Shown here piece after piece: positions 10,986-23,363 of a stretch of DNA of 64,000 nucleotides. The notes beneath the pieces are model-generated. The model did not search any database. It was not told the DNA's origin and saw nothing but the letters and a program-made list of their open reading frames with translations. Source of the DNA: Octopus sinensis (lineage: Eukaryota); contig NC_043011.1 in assembly GCF_006345805.1 (NCBI RefSeq), positions 5,704,001 to 5,768,000 of the forward strand, read 5' to 3'. The position numbers were made by a program, and so were the translations under genes. Each line of letters begins with the position of its first letter. The stretch's first letter is position 1.

Positions 10986-12614
10986 AAGAAGTGTTAGTCT
11001 TTAAGTCACAGAGATACTGTATACAAGGCATTTCAAGTCTTCATAAAAGACCTTACAATGTTGGTTTCAAATTTTGGCACAAGGCCAGCAATTTCAGGTG
11101 ATGGGAGGGTAAGTCAATTACATTGACCCCAGTACTCAACTGGTACTTATTTTATCAACCCAAAAGGATGAAAGGCAAAGTCAGCCTCAGTGGGGTTTGA
11201 ACTCAGAATCTAAGAGTGGACACAGTGCTGTTGAGTATATGCTACCTTAAAAGACCCTAAAAATATTGTGGAGAAGAGTTATACCTTAGAAGATGTGATA
11301 TTTCATAAATCGCCTGATGGACAAAAACCATCAACTTCAGTAGGTTTTGATCTCAGAACACAGACCTAGCGAAATGCTAAAAGATATTTGGATATTTTTC
11401 TCTCACACCCTACTGATTCTGCCAGTGCAGGCTGTGCGTATGTGTCTCATTGGTGTTTCAGTCAGCTGAGTCTCAAAGACTCCGGCTGACAAATTCCACA
11501 GAGTAAGGAACCAATATTGCAACCATGACAACATTAACGTCTGCAGCTGCGCAGAATTACTGAAACTTTGTACAGATCTGCGATGTTTCTCAAGACAAAA
11601 GAGAAGTGAGACAGAATACAAGAAAACATATGTAGATTGTCGGCAGCATTATTAGAGTATTGGATACAATGCCATGCGGCATTTGTTCCTGGCCCCTGCA
11701 CTCTGGGTTCAAATCCTGGTGAGGCCAGCTTCATATTTCCTCTTATTGGGGGTCAGTAAAATAAAGAACCAATCCAAGATGGTGGAACTGATGGAATTGA
11801 TAAAGAGTCAGTTTCAACTTTGTCCATTGTGACAGTAATCCCAGTGAGAGGCACTGATGCCATGCTGCCTGCACTGGCTCAGGATGGTGACCTTTCTCTT
11901 GGATAAACATCAGTGGCAGGCAGAGAGAGAAGACATGGGTAACAGTTGGTCATTCTCAGAAAATCTTGTCCAGGCCTGCAACACACGTATTTACAGACGA
12001 ATGGTCAACATTGACCGACGGAGGTCCTGCTTTAACACCAGGTCAACCCTAATCTGGCAGGTCAATGATTAAAAGCAATCCAACCATGATCTCCCAGAAT
12101 TTTTTCATGCAGAGTGTATCTAAGAACACATTATCTAATAATATGAAGGTGCTTGACTCATGATTGTAAGGTCAGGAGTTCAATTCCCAGCAGCACATCG
12201 GGTCCTTGAGCAAGACTTTATTTCACATTGCTCCAGTTTACTCAGCTGGTAAAAATGAGTGGTACCAGTAATTCACAAGGGCCAGCCTTGTCACATTTTG
12301 TGTCGTGCTGAATCTCCCTGAGAACTATGTTAAGGTTTCCCATGTCTGTGGAGTACTCAGCCACTTGCACATTAATTTTGCAAGCACGCTGTTCCATTCA
12401 TCACATCCACAGGAACCCTTGATAACTGACAATATCAGTTTCTCTAATACGTCTTTGACATTTAGCTGCTATTTTTAGCATATTAAGCCACCATACAAAA
12501 GCTCCTTTAATGACTGACTCTTCTCTAAGAAAATTGGTTTTCCTATTTTTATTTTATTTTGGTTAGTGCTGATCTAAATAGATAGTAAAGCAGTCTGGTC
12601 TGTTGGTCACTTAC

Positions 12615-12678
12615 CTGGACATAGAATGTTCTCTTTGAGGTAATTATTTCAAATAGGTTATCTCTGTCAAGGTGTGTC
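12615..12678 (-). CDS. PLEKHA1/2: PLEKHA1/2-like exon, PH2: (A)THLDRDNLFEIITSKRTFYVQ
   Basis: 64 nt, acceptor TTTGTTTCAG, donor GTAAGT, phase 2/0; close to TAPP1 RDNLFEIVTTSRTFYVQ. Confidence 0.95.
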
Positions 12679-13119
12679 CTGAAACAAATTAGAAAAAAAA
12701 AAATAATAATAATAATAATAATTGTTTCTAATTTAAGCAGATGGTCAGCAAGTTTTGTGAAAGGTGGTGGGCAGGATTAGATTGACCTCAGTATCTGACT
12801 GGTATTTCATTTTATTGATCCCCCTCCCCCTCCAGAAGGATGAAGCATGAAGCTAGCCTGAATAGGATTTGAACTCAAAACAAAGCTTTTTTTGTTGATC
12901 ATTATTATTTGCAAACAAATTGCAGCTGCAAGAGTTACCAGTTGAAAGCTCCACATGGATTTGCTAGTACACCTAGGGGGGGGGGGATCATTAAGAGAGA
13001 ATGTGTGCCATTTCAGGGCCTTCCTCTCCAATAGCATTAATACACACCAGACCCACTCACTGAGATGAGGCCCTTCATGTTATATCAATTGGTCCCTAGG
13101 TTTTGCTCAATATTCTTCA

Positions 13120-13315
13120 AGCCTTTGCTCATTGTCTCTTTTAACCAAATCCAATGGCTTTTCTTCTCCACTCCATCATTCATGATGGTGTTTGTTTCAT
13201 AAGGAGTTAAACCTAGAGGCAACCACTATCATCCCATACTGTGCCCAATGAATCCTCTACAACCAACTTCTAATGGATAATGCATTGTGTCTATAATATA
13301 TTGGCGTCAGTCTTT
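13120..13315 (-). mobile_element. HERO/NeSL-like REL-endonuclease LINE 3' fragment
   Basis: HYPLEVGCRGFIGHS ... SHWIWLKRD motifs. Confidence 0.65.
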
Positions 13316-13699
13316 GTCACTTAATCCTTTAGCATTTAAACCAGCCATACCTGGCCAAAAATAATCTACCTGTATTATCTCCAAACTGGCCAGATCAAAC
13401 CTCTCACACCTACCCTACAATATTATTCTAAAAACAAACAATCACGTCATTGAAATCTCAAAGCTACAAAGTAATACAGAATTATTTACATTTGACAGAT
13501 ATTTGTCCTCATTTTAATAATAAATCTCAGAGCAAGTTATAAACAGTAGCTACAACACATCGTGACGTATATTTGCCATTTAAATATGGCTAACCCCTAA
13601 GGGTGGATGCTACTGTAGTTTGTAGCCCCAGGAGGACACCTCCTCCAGCTGGCTATAGACACACTTTCTGTGCCCTATGTCCTCATTTTGTTTGTTGTT

Positions 13700-13745
13700 A
13701 ACACAACGTTTCGGCTGATATACTCTCCAGCCTTCATCAGGTGTC
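13700..13745 (-). ncRNA. Minimal type-I hammerhead ribozyme, structurally complete
   Basis: Minus strand GACAC-CUGAUGA-A-GGCUG(GAGAGUAUAU)CAGCC-GAAA-C-GUU/GUGUU: intact core, 5-bp stem I, 5-bp stem II, palindromic AACGUU stem III, predicted cut 3' of 13705. Confidence 0.85.
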
Positions 13746-13810
13746 TTGGGGAAATTTCAAATCTTGGTTCTCATTCCTAAAGTATTTTTCAATATTATTA
13801 TTATTATTAT

Positions 13811-14040
13811 AGCGGCGAGCTGGCAAAAACGTTAGCACACCAGACAAAATGCTTAGCAGCATTTCGTCTGCCGTTATATTCTATATTCAAATTCCGCCGA
13901 GGTCAACTTTGCCTTTCATCCTTTTGGGGGTCGATTAAATAAGTACCAGTTAAACACTGCGATCGATGTAATCGACAATCCCGTTGTCTATCCTTGTTTG
14001 TCCCCTCTGTGTTTAGCCCCCTGTGGACAATAAAGAAATA
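13811..14040 (+). mobile_element. SINE family B inserted in the (AAT)n spacer of the hammerhead element
   Basis: Full head to TTTAGCCCCCTGTGG..AAAGAAATA tail, flanked by (ATT)n. Confidence 0.88.
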
Positions 14041-14043
14041 ATA

Positions 14044-14083
<40 letters not shown>

Positions 14084-14227
14084 TCACTGCCTGGAATCGA
14101 ACTCGGAATCTTGGGGTTAAGAGTGCAGGCTACTAACCCTAAGATTCCAGGCAGTGATCTGAATAATAATAGTAATAACATCGAAAAATACCTTAGGAAT
14201 GAGAACCCAGATTCGAAGATTTCCCAA

Positions 14228-14273
14228 GACACCTGATGAAGGCTGGAGGGTATATCAGCCGAAACTTTGTTTT
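14228..14273 (+). ncRNA. Second copy of the same hammerhead, stems I and III mutated
   Basis: GACAC-CTGATGA-A-GGCTG..CAGCC-GAAA-C-TTT-GTTTT; core and stem II intact, AACGTT palindrome lost. Confidence 0.75.
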
Positions 14274-14546
14274 AACAACAAACAAGATGAGGACAAATAT
14301 CTGTCAAATGTAAATAATGTACATAGTTCCTCGTCTCTTAAATACAGAACTGCAAAGCAGGATTAATTCAAAATAATGTAAATAAATAAGGATTACATTT
14401 GACAGAGTAATCTGGATGCTAAAACGGTTAAATCTCAAATCTAGTTTCATACAGATTCATAAAAATGATGCAATCATTTATCAAGAAGTTCTGTGCAACC
14501 AAACCTTACTGGTTAATCCTTTTATGAGCAATGTTTCTCTTGAAAT

Positions 14547-14929
14547 GCGGAGGCACAATGGCCCAGTGGTTAGGGCAGCGGACTCGCGGTCGTAGGATCG
14601 CGGTTTCGATTCCCAGACCGGGCGTTGTGAGTGTTTATTGAGCGAAAACCACTAAAGCTCCACGAGGCTCCGGCATGGATGGTGGTGATCCCTGCTGTAC
14701 TCTTTCACCACAACTTTCTCTCACTCTTACTTCCTGTTTCTGTTGTACCTGTATTTCAAGGGGCCGGCCTTGTCACTCTCTGTGTCACGCTGAATATCCC
14801 CGAGAACTACGTTAAGGGTACACGTGTCTGTGGAGTGCTCAGCCACTTGCACGTTAATTTGACAAGCAGGCTGTTCCGTTGATCGGATCAACCGGAACCC
14901 TCGTCGTCGTAACCGATGGAGTGCTTCCA
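14547..14929 (+). mobile_element. SINE family C, tail type 1, full length
   Basis: GGAGGCACAATGGCCCAGTGGTTAGGG head, B box; 13-bp TSD TTTCTCTTGAAAT (14534-14546, 14930-14942). Confidence 0.92.
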
Positions 14930-15655
14930 TTTCTCTTGAAATACACTGCCTCGGTTTCAGATAATTTTGAAAATGAAGAATTTAGCAAAATAACTGTCAT
15001 TATCAATCAGGTGTTTGGAACTTAAATTAACAAGAAATTTTAATGAAAGATTTTAATTTAGATCACTTTAAAAAGGGGAAGTTTGTACCATAGAACCAGA
15101 AGCAATCTCACATGAATCGGCATCAAAAAGATACCAACCCGTCTCTACTTCGCAAAAGATTGCTTCCCTATCATGAGGTATTAAGTTCAATCCCAGTGTA
15201 TGGCATAAATACCCAAGATTACCACATTCCTTTTGAATAAAACTGGGTCATCTGAATGGTCATCGAGTGGACTGCCATACCTGTAATTCAGCGGTCTGGC
15301 TTTGTCACACACAAATGTGTCCAATTGTGTCTAGGGACTACAGTGAGAATGGAAGCCTCTGTGGAGTACTCAGCCACTAACATTTTAATTCAATAAGTGG
15401 GTAGCTCAGTTGATTGAATTGTTAACCGATTATTCGATAAACCTGTTTTTATTCACTGATAAATAAAGTTGACCAGATAATGGTGACAATGTGAAAAGTC
15501 TCTCTCTCACACAGACACAGAAATACAGAATCACAATATACAAGAGAGAAAGAGTAAGAGAAGTGGGAGGGGGTGAGAGAGGAAGGAGAGACAACTGAGA
15601 GAGTGAGGAGTGCGGGAGAAGATCAATGGAGACAAGAGACAATGTGTCTACTTAC

Positions 15656-15717
15656 GCAATTGACTTTTTAACTTCTAGTAGATTATTTTTAGGTATTGTT
15701 CGTATTGGAGACAGTGA
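15656..15717 (-). CDS. PLEKHA1/2: PLEKHA1/2-like exon, PH2: SLSPIRTIPKNNLLEVKKSI(A)
   Basis: 62 nt, acceptor ATTTCTTTCAG, donor GTAAGT, phase 0/2; PIRTIP corresponds to TAPP1 PLRVIP. Confidence 0.9.
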
Positions 15718-16161
15718 CTGAAAGAAATGGCAAGAGAAGTTAAAGAGATATTTATGGACGAACAATATCAGGAATAATAAATGCCACACAAGATACAGTT
15801 CTCTGTTTATTACACATACACACACACATAATATGGTAATAAAAGCAAGAGAAATTGAAGATATTTATGGAATGACAATATCAGGAAAAAGAAATACCAC
15901 ACAAAAACGGTTTAAGATTTTGGCACAAGACCAATAATTTCAAGAAAGGGGATAAATCAATTACACTGAATCCAGTCCTCAACTGGTATTTATTTTATTG
16001 ACCCCTGAAAGGACAAAAGGCAAGGTTGACCATGGCAAAATCTTCCTTTAGAATATGAAGACAAAATGCACCTGAGCATTTTACCTGGTGGCTTAACGGT
16101 TCCACCAGCTGGCCACCTTAATACCGCACGATAATACACATTGTGTAATAGTACACACATA

Positions 16162-16325
16162 GGCGCAGGACTGGCTGTGTGGTAAGTAGCTTGTTTACCG
16201 ACCACATGGTTCCGGGTTCAGTCCCACTGCGTGGAACCTTGGGCAAGTGTCTTCTACTATAGCCTCGGGCCGACCAAAGCCTTGTGAGTGGATTTGGTAG
16301 ACGGAAACTGAAAGAAGCCTGTCGT

Positions 16326-16357
<32 letters not shown>

Positions 16358-16567
16358 ATGTGTGTCTGTGTTTGTCCCCCTAGCATTGCTTGACAACCGA
16401 TGCTGGTGTGTTTATGTCCCCGTTACTTAGCGGTTCGGCAAAAGAGACCGATAGAATAAGTACTGGGCTTACAAAAGAATAAGTCTCGGGGTCGAGTTGC
16501 TCGATTAAAAGCGGTGCTCCAGCATGGCCGCAGTCAAATGACTGAAACAAGTAAAAGAGTAAAGAGT
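16162..16567 (+). mobile_element. SINE family A, full length
   Basis: Same consensus. Confidence 0.92.
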
Positions 16568-16654
16568 ACATAAAATGTGTGTATGTGTGCAGGATAAGGT
16601 ATGTGGTAGGGGTGGATATTGTATTCTAGGTTACCTCACAGCACTCAAGACTTT

Positions 16655-17100
16655 TCTTATACGTTGTAGCCATCTGAGTGTGATCGTTGCCAGGGCCGCT
16701 GACTGGCTCCTGTGCTGGAGGCATGTAAAAAGCACCATTTGAGCGTGATCGTTGCCAGCGTCACCCTACTGGTACATGTGCCAGTGGCACGTGAAAAACA
16801 ACATTCGAGCGTTGTCATTGCCAGTGCCGCCAGGCTGGCTCCTGTGCAGGTGGCACGTAAAAAACATCTTTTGAGAGTGGTCGTTGCAAGTACAGCCTGA
16901 TTGGCCCTCGTGCCGGTGGCACGTAAAAGCATCCACTACACTCTCAGAGTGGTTGGTGTTAGGAAGGACATCCAGCTGTAGAAACTCTGCCAGATCAGAT
17001 TGGAGCCTGGTGCAGCTTTCTGGCTCACCATTCCTCAGTCAAACCATCCAACCCATGCCAGCATGGAAAGCAGACGTTAAACGACGATGATGATGATGTG
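16655..17100 (+). mobile_element. Family D retroposon (RTE-like 3' tail, internal 60-70 bp subrepeats, (GAT)n end)
   Basis: GGCACGTAAAAAGCACC subrepeats, GGTTGGYGTTAGGAAGGGCATCCAGC, GTTAAACGATGATG; other copies about 4545-4936, 19760-20165, 21930-22170, 27690-28020, 34290-34560, 61960-62215 (plus) and 35140, 44665, 51935-52520, 58503-59048 (minus). Confidence 0.8.
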
Positions 17101-17659
17101 ACAGGGTTCTCCTATTACAACTATTATAATAATCATTTCGAATATAGTCATAAAACCAGAATTGTAGTTGTTTATTGTATTAACACCAGTATTTAACTGG
17201 TACTTTATTTTATCAGCCCCAGAAGGGTCTCTCTGCTTAGACCCTATCCTTCCATCCTCCACTCCCAATACCTCAAAACTACCACAATATCGTTTCAGTC
17301 ATTTGACTACCTGAATGAGGAGGCCTCTATGCAGTCACTTGACCTAGCTAGAAATGGCAGTGAAACATCTCAAAAGGATGTATTTGGTAAAATAGCAAAA
17401 GATAAGATGATCAATAACAACAAGATAAATAAGTTGGGTTTTTTTTTTTTGTAGCTATTTGGTTTGTCAAAAGTGTTTACAGAGGAACAGGTATAGTCAG
17501 TTGACTGGACTGGTTTATAAGGGGTCATCATTTTATTGAAGTCAGAACAGGAAAAGATAAAACTAAAAACTTTCAAGCACTGAAGTTCAGTTTCCTACAG
17601 TTTGCACCAACACACTGGCTTTTAATATCAAACCTGGTAGTGATTTCAATATAGAGGCA

Positions 17660-17890
17660 ACAAGGGTCTCACCTTGGACACAGCAAGGGTCTTGTCTCAG
17701 ATGCAGCAAAGATCACATCTCAGATGCAGCAAGGGTCTTGCTTTAGATGCAGCGAGGGTCTAGTCTTGGATGCAGCAAGAGTTTCCACATGTACACAGCA
17801 AGGGTTTTGTCTTAAGACATAGTAAGGGTCTAGATACAACAAATGTCATGTTTTAGACACAAGAGTTGCATCTTAAATACAAGGATAACA
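17660..17890. repeat. Degenerate ~22-bp minisatellite
   Basis: Recurrent GATGCAGCAAGGGTCTTG. Confidence 0.7.
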
Positions 17891-18286
17891 TCTTATAAGA
17901 CTCAGATTTCAATCTGGCTGAAGATTTTCATTCTGGAGAGAATTTTCCCAAATCTTAAAACATTTACTTTCCACAATAGGGCCACAACAAAATCCTCAGG
18001 GTATCTTTTCCTGGAACCTTACCAATTCTGTTCATCCACTGCCAAGATTAGCACAAGGCTGCAGATTTTTGAAGTGGGGACAGTTGCATTAATTGTATCA
18101 ACACTAGTATATGACTGGTAGAAGGAAGAATGGTAAAGTCTATCTAGGCGGAACTTGAACACATACAATAAAGTGCCTTTACTTACCACAACAAGAACAG
18201 TTAAAAGAATACTGAAAAAAAAATCTTAAATTACAAACAATAAAAAAAGACAAATTCCTAATTACAGAAAATAGTTATAAACTTAC

Positions 18287-18355
18287 TTGTTCTGATTGAT
18301 AATATGAAATTCCTTGATCTGTGAGTACAAAAAACCTCCGTTTCCAGCTTTTCCG
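18287..18355 (-). CDS. PLEKHA1/2: PLEKHA1/2-like exon, PH2 basic loop: RKSWKRRFFVLTDQGISYYQSEQ
   Basis: 69 nt, acceptor AATCTCTTAG, donor GTAAGT, phase 0/0; KxWKRRxF phosphoinositide-binding motif. Confidence 0.95.
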
Positions 18356-18967
18356 CTAAGAGATTAGGAAAAAAAAAAAAATAATAATTGTGTCTAATTT
18401 CAGGACAAGATCAATAATTTTAAAGGGTGGTTGTAGAGTCAGTCAATTAAATAACCACCACCAACACCACCACCACCCCTCAGATGAATGAAAAGCAAAG
18501 CTGACCGTTGCAGAATTTGAACTGAAAATGTAAAGATTCAGAACAAATAATACTATAGTCACAAGGCCAGCAATTTGAGGGAAGTTGAGCCAAGTTGATT
18601 CTATTGACCCCAGTGTTCAACTGGTATTTATTTCATCAACCCTGAAAGGTTTGAAAGGCAAAGCTGACCTCGATGGTGTTTGAACTGAGAACTGGAGGAA
18701 CTGAAAGAGATGCTACTGAGCATTTTGTCTGATGTAGCAATGATTCTGCCAGCGATGATGATGATGATGATGGTGATTTCAAATTTTGGCAAAATGCCAG
18801 CAATTTTAGGGAGAGGTTTTAGTCAATTGCTTATTCCACTGGTCCCTTGAAAGGGTGAAAAGAAAAGTTTCTATGATAGGATTTGGGATTAGATCGTAAA
18901 GGACCAGAAGAAATGTTGCGAAACATTTTGTCTGACATTCTAACAATTCTACCAACTTGCTGTCTTC

Positions 18968-18999
<32 letters not shown>

Positions 19000-20361
19000 C
19001 ATAATCATTTAACATCCGTTTTCCATGCTGGTATGGGTTGGACTGCTTGACAGAAACTTATTTTCTTTAAACTTGATATTTATTTTACTGGTTTCTTTTG
19101 GTGAACTACTAAGATATGGGGACGTAAACACACCAACATTGGTTGTCAGGTGGTGGTCAGGGACAAACGCACACACACACATATATATACATATACACAC
19201 ACACACAGCAAGCTTCTTTCAGTTTCTGTCCATCAAATCCACTCACAAGACTTTGGTCAGTCCAAGGCTATAATAGAAGATACTTGCCCAAAGTACCATG
19301 TGGTGGGACTGAACCCAGAGCCAGTTGGTCAGGAAGCAAGCTTCTTACCAGACAGTCACACCATTTTAATGATTTCCATACTGATGTTCTATACTGGAAT
19401 GGAGAGGACAGCTCTGTCATCCAAAAGTTTTTTCCCTTACAATTTAGTCTTATCTGTGAAACTCAACATTCTTAGATCTAACCCTAACCATTTCTACCTT
19501 GGTCTTCTTTTGGCCAACTTCTACCACAACTAAAACCATCCACCACCAACACACAACATTCTTTCACCCACTGTTCATCATCCCTTTACATTATGTCACT
19601 CTTCCTGTCCCTGGTGCAGTCAACTCCCCCCCCACCCGTGTACTTGAACCACAGCACTCCTCGACTGTTTGACCACATTCAAACTCCTGTCTCTTGACCC
19701 ACTGTAAACCACTTTCTAATTTCACTGCCACAAGGGACAAACAAACAAATAGACACACAGACAGACAAATACATATCTCAGTGGCATGTAAAATGCAACA
19801 ACCGAACGTGGTTGATGCCAGCCCCCTTGCCCTGACTGGCTTCTGTGCCAGTGGCACATAAAAGCACCATCCAAACATGGCCGATGCCAGCACTGCCTTG
19901 ACTGGCTCCCATGCCGGTGGCACGTAAAAAGCATTATCCAATCATAGTCGATGCCAGCGCCCCCCCCTGGCCCCTGTGCCAGTGGCATGAAAAAGCACCC
20001 ACCACATTCTAGGGGTGGTTGGCGTTAAGAAGGGCATCCAGCCGTAGAAACATTGCCAGATCAGACTGGTGCCTGGTGCAGCCTCCTGGCTTTCCAGACC
20101 CCAGTCGAACCGTCCAACCAATGCCGGCATGGAAAACGGATGCTAAACGATGATGATGATATACATACACACACACACATACACACACAAATATATATAT
20201 ATATATATATACTGGAGTAAACACATAAATGTGAAACAAGGTGGAAAAAAGAATACTCAAATATTTAAAAGCAGTTTTTGCTAGCAAAAACTGTCCGACG
20301 AACGGGAACGTGAAACTCAGAGTAACAGGTTTTGTTGAATTTTCTGCTGCTTTTAAATAAA

Positions 20362-20407
<46 letters not shown>

Positions 20408-20488
20408 TATATATACACACAAGCCCTGCTGTCACAGAAAGGTTTTGAAATTGATAAGATGACATGTTTACATTTAGGATGAACTTAC

Positions 20489-20608
20489 CACAGCTCCCTG
20501 TTTGACAGCATAACCAGACTTGTGAGCTGCGAGATGGCAAGCTGGGGTACCTCGGCCGGAGACATTATCATCACTATCAGCACTTCCACTTAACTCATCA
20601 GGGTTTGT
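20489..20608 (-). CDS. PLEKHA1/2: PLEKHA1/2-like exon, linker and start of PH2: TNPDELSGSADSDDNVSGRGTPACHLAAHKSGYAVKQGAV
   Basis: 120 nt, acceptor CTAATTACACAG, donor GTAAGT, phase 0/0; KSGYAVKQGAV corresponds to TAPP1 [11 protein letters not shown]. Confidence 0.92.
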
Positions 20609-21532
20609 CTGTGTAATTAGATATTATGAAACAACTAGAAAACAATTTTGTTGCTTTTGAAAGTTTACAACAACAACAACATTTAATAAAGAAATTTCTT
20701 GTATATTCCCACGTTATTTAGACAGAAATATTGTAGCATCATTAGTCACGTATCGAAAAGGTAATTTTCCAATAAATAAATGGTAGAAACAACAATCAAC
20801 AACAACATATTTCTTGCTGGTCGGTTGTTGACATGACGAGGCATCGAATCTACATTTAACATATTTTAGAAGCTGCGTTTCTGCTAATTTCTCAAGCAAT
20901 TACTAGATTTATTTTGGTATTCCATTCTGCAGAATTGAAATGTTAGATGCTGTGTGTATCTCAGTTAATTTTTACATAATTATTTTTATTTAGCAGATAT
21001 TTATATTTGCCAGACTTGTGAGGTTAAAATGCTAAACACTGCGTGTGTCTTGCTCAGTAGCTAATTCTAAATGAACAATTGGTTTCAAATTTTGGCACAA
21101 GGCCAGCAATCTCAGTGGAGGGAACAAAGTGATTACACTGACCCCAGTGATCAACTGGTACTTATTTTATCGATCCCAAAAGGATGAAAGGTGAAGTCAA
21201 CTCTGGCAGCATTTGAACTCAGAACAGGAACTCAGAAGAAACACTGATAAGCAATTCTTCCATTCTCATAACAATTCTGCCAGATTGCTATCTTATTTCT
21301 GAATAATCATTAGAATTATTTAGATATTACCATCTGCAGAGTTTAAATGAGAGGCAATGTTGTTTCTCAGGAACTAATTCCTAAACCATTACATTTTGCA
21401 GATATTCCTGTGCAATGAATTAAGAAATTAGAGGGTGTGTCTTAGCTGATTGTAATTATTTTTCTTTCTGGTTTTGGCACAAGGCCGTCAATTAATTTTG
21501 AGGGGAGGGGAAAGTCAATTATATTAACCCCA

Positions 21533-21771
21533 GGCGAGCTGGCAGAAACGTTAGCAAGCCAGGCGAAATACTTAGTGGTATTTCGTCTGTCATTACATTC
21601 TGAGTTCAAATTCCGCCAAGGTCGACTTTGCCTTTCATCCTTTCGGGGGTCGATAAATAAAGTACCAGTTTCGCACTGGGGTCGATGTAATCGACTTAAT
21701 CTCTTTGTCTGTCCTTGTTTGTCCCCTCTATGTTTAGCCCCTTGTGGGTAGTAAAGAAATATATATTAACC
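21533..21771 (+). mobile_element. SINE family B, full length
   Basis: Same consensus; another full copy at about 44376-44600. Confidence 0.88.
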
Positions 21772-22635
21772 CCAGACCTTGACTGGTTCTTATTTTATCA
21801 AGCCTGAAAGGATGAAAGGCAAAGTTCACCTCAGCAGTACTTCTTGTGTTCTGCCTTAAATGATGTGTTAACGGTTGAGCCAGCTCTTACCACCTGTAAC
21901 TTCATCATCATCAATTCCATGATCATACTTGAGAAGAAGACCCATCAAGCCGAGCAAAATCACAGTCGTGGCAGATACTAGTGCCACACAAATTGGCACC
22001 ATTGTCACTGGCACATAAACACACCCTGGTGTCATGCAAATGGCACCCGTGCCAGTGGCATATAAAAGCACACATCACACTTTCAGACTGGTTGGCGTTA
22101 GGAAAGGCATCCAGCCATAGAAAACCATGCCAAATCAGCCTTCCAGCTTACCAGCTGGATACTGATATTGGCAGGATTTAAACTCTGAATATAAAGGGCT
22201 CAAGTAAATACCATGAGTATTTTCTCTAATGCTACAAGAATCCATTTTACTATAGGCACAAGACCTAAAATTTTGAGGAAGGGGGCTAAACTTAACAGGA
22301 GTCAACATCAGAGCATAAAGACCCCTAAAATATTGTTAAGCACTTTAAACAGCATCATGCTAATGATCCTACCAACTCACCTCCACAACAACAACAACAA
22401 TGATGATGATGATAATAATAATAATAAAAATAATAATGGTTTCAAAGACCAGCAAGTTTGGGGGAGAGGTTAAATTGATTAGATCAACCCCAGTGTTCAG
22501 CTGGTCCTTATTTATTGACCTTGGAAGGATGAAAGGCAAAGTTGACCCCAGAGGAATTTGAACTCAGAACAAGGACTGATGAAATGCTGCTTAGTATTTC
22601 GCCCAGCATGCTGAAGATTCTGCCAGCTCGCCATG

Positions 22636-23363
22636 CTGCCCAAAGCAAGCACTAAGAACAAACTAAATAAAATACAGAACAGACAACACAGCAGAAAGTG
22701 ATAAGTGCAGAATCTGTGGACAAAACGGTGAAACCGTATGGCATATTACCAGTCAATGTACGCCATTAGCCCAGAAGGAATATAAGAGACGCCATGACAA
22801 TATAGCCAGGCTTGTCCATTGGACACTTTGCAACAAGGATGGACTTGACAGAGCAAAAACTTGGTATGACCACAAGCCTGAAGGCATCGTCGAAAATAGA
22901 AATGCAAAGATCCTGTGGGATTTTATGATTCAGTGCGATCATGAGATAGAGAATAGGAAGCCGGACATAGTCTTAATTGAGAAAGAAAACAAACTATGCT
23001 GGATCATAGACATAGCATGTCCAGCTGACAACAAGGTATGCGATAAGGAAGAAAGAAAAGTCGAGAGATATGACAGGTTAGCTTGGGAAGTTAAGCAGTT
23101 GTGGCTGATGAAAAAGGTAGCAGTAGTACCAATAATTGTCGGAGCCCTGGGAACAGTGAGTAAAAATCTTGAAACGTATATGGAACAAATAGGGGCTCCA
23201 ATAAAGGTGAAGCACTTGCAGAAAACAGTACTGCTTGGAACCACTCGAATACTTCGGAAGGTGCTCGAAAAATGAGGGGTGTTACCTTAGTACACTGGTA
23301 GTGAACAGCTGACACTGTAGTACATCTCCAGCGTTAGAAGCTGTGCAAAGACAATAATAATAA
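22636..23363 (+). mobile_element. 5'-truncated R4/Dong-like non-LTR retrotransposon, copy 1
   Basis: Frame open 22667-23275: CCHC knuckle CRICGQNGETVWHITSQC, RHD motif, REL endonuclease KPDIV..IIDIACP, VPIIVGALG; 3' UTR ends in (AAT)n. Confidence 0.9.

Larger units (their letters stand above)
13488..14345. mobile_element. Head-to-head inverted pair of tRNA-headed, hammerhead-bearing short elements
   Basis: 13679-13810 plus 13494-13510 is the reverse complement of about 14160-14315; tRNA-like heads meet at 14115-14120; B box GAGTTCGATTCC at 14093-14104 (minus). Confidence 0.8.
13325..14427. mobile_element. TTAA MITE hosting the hammerhead-element nest
   Basis: TTAA at 13321-13324 and 14428-14431; left and right halves match the other copies of this MITE. 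Confidence 0.7.
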
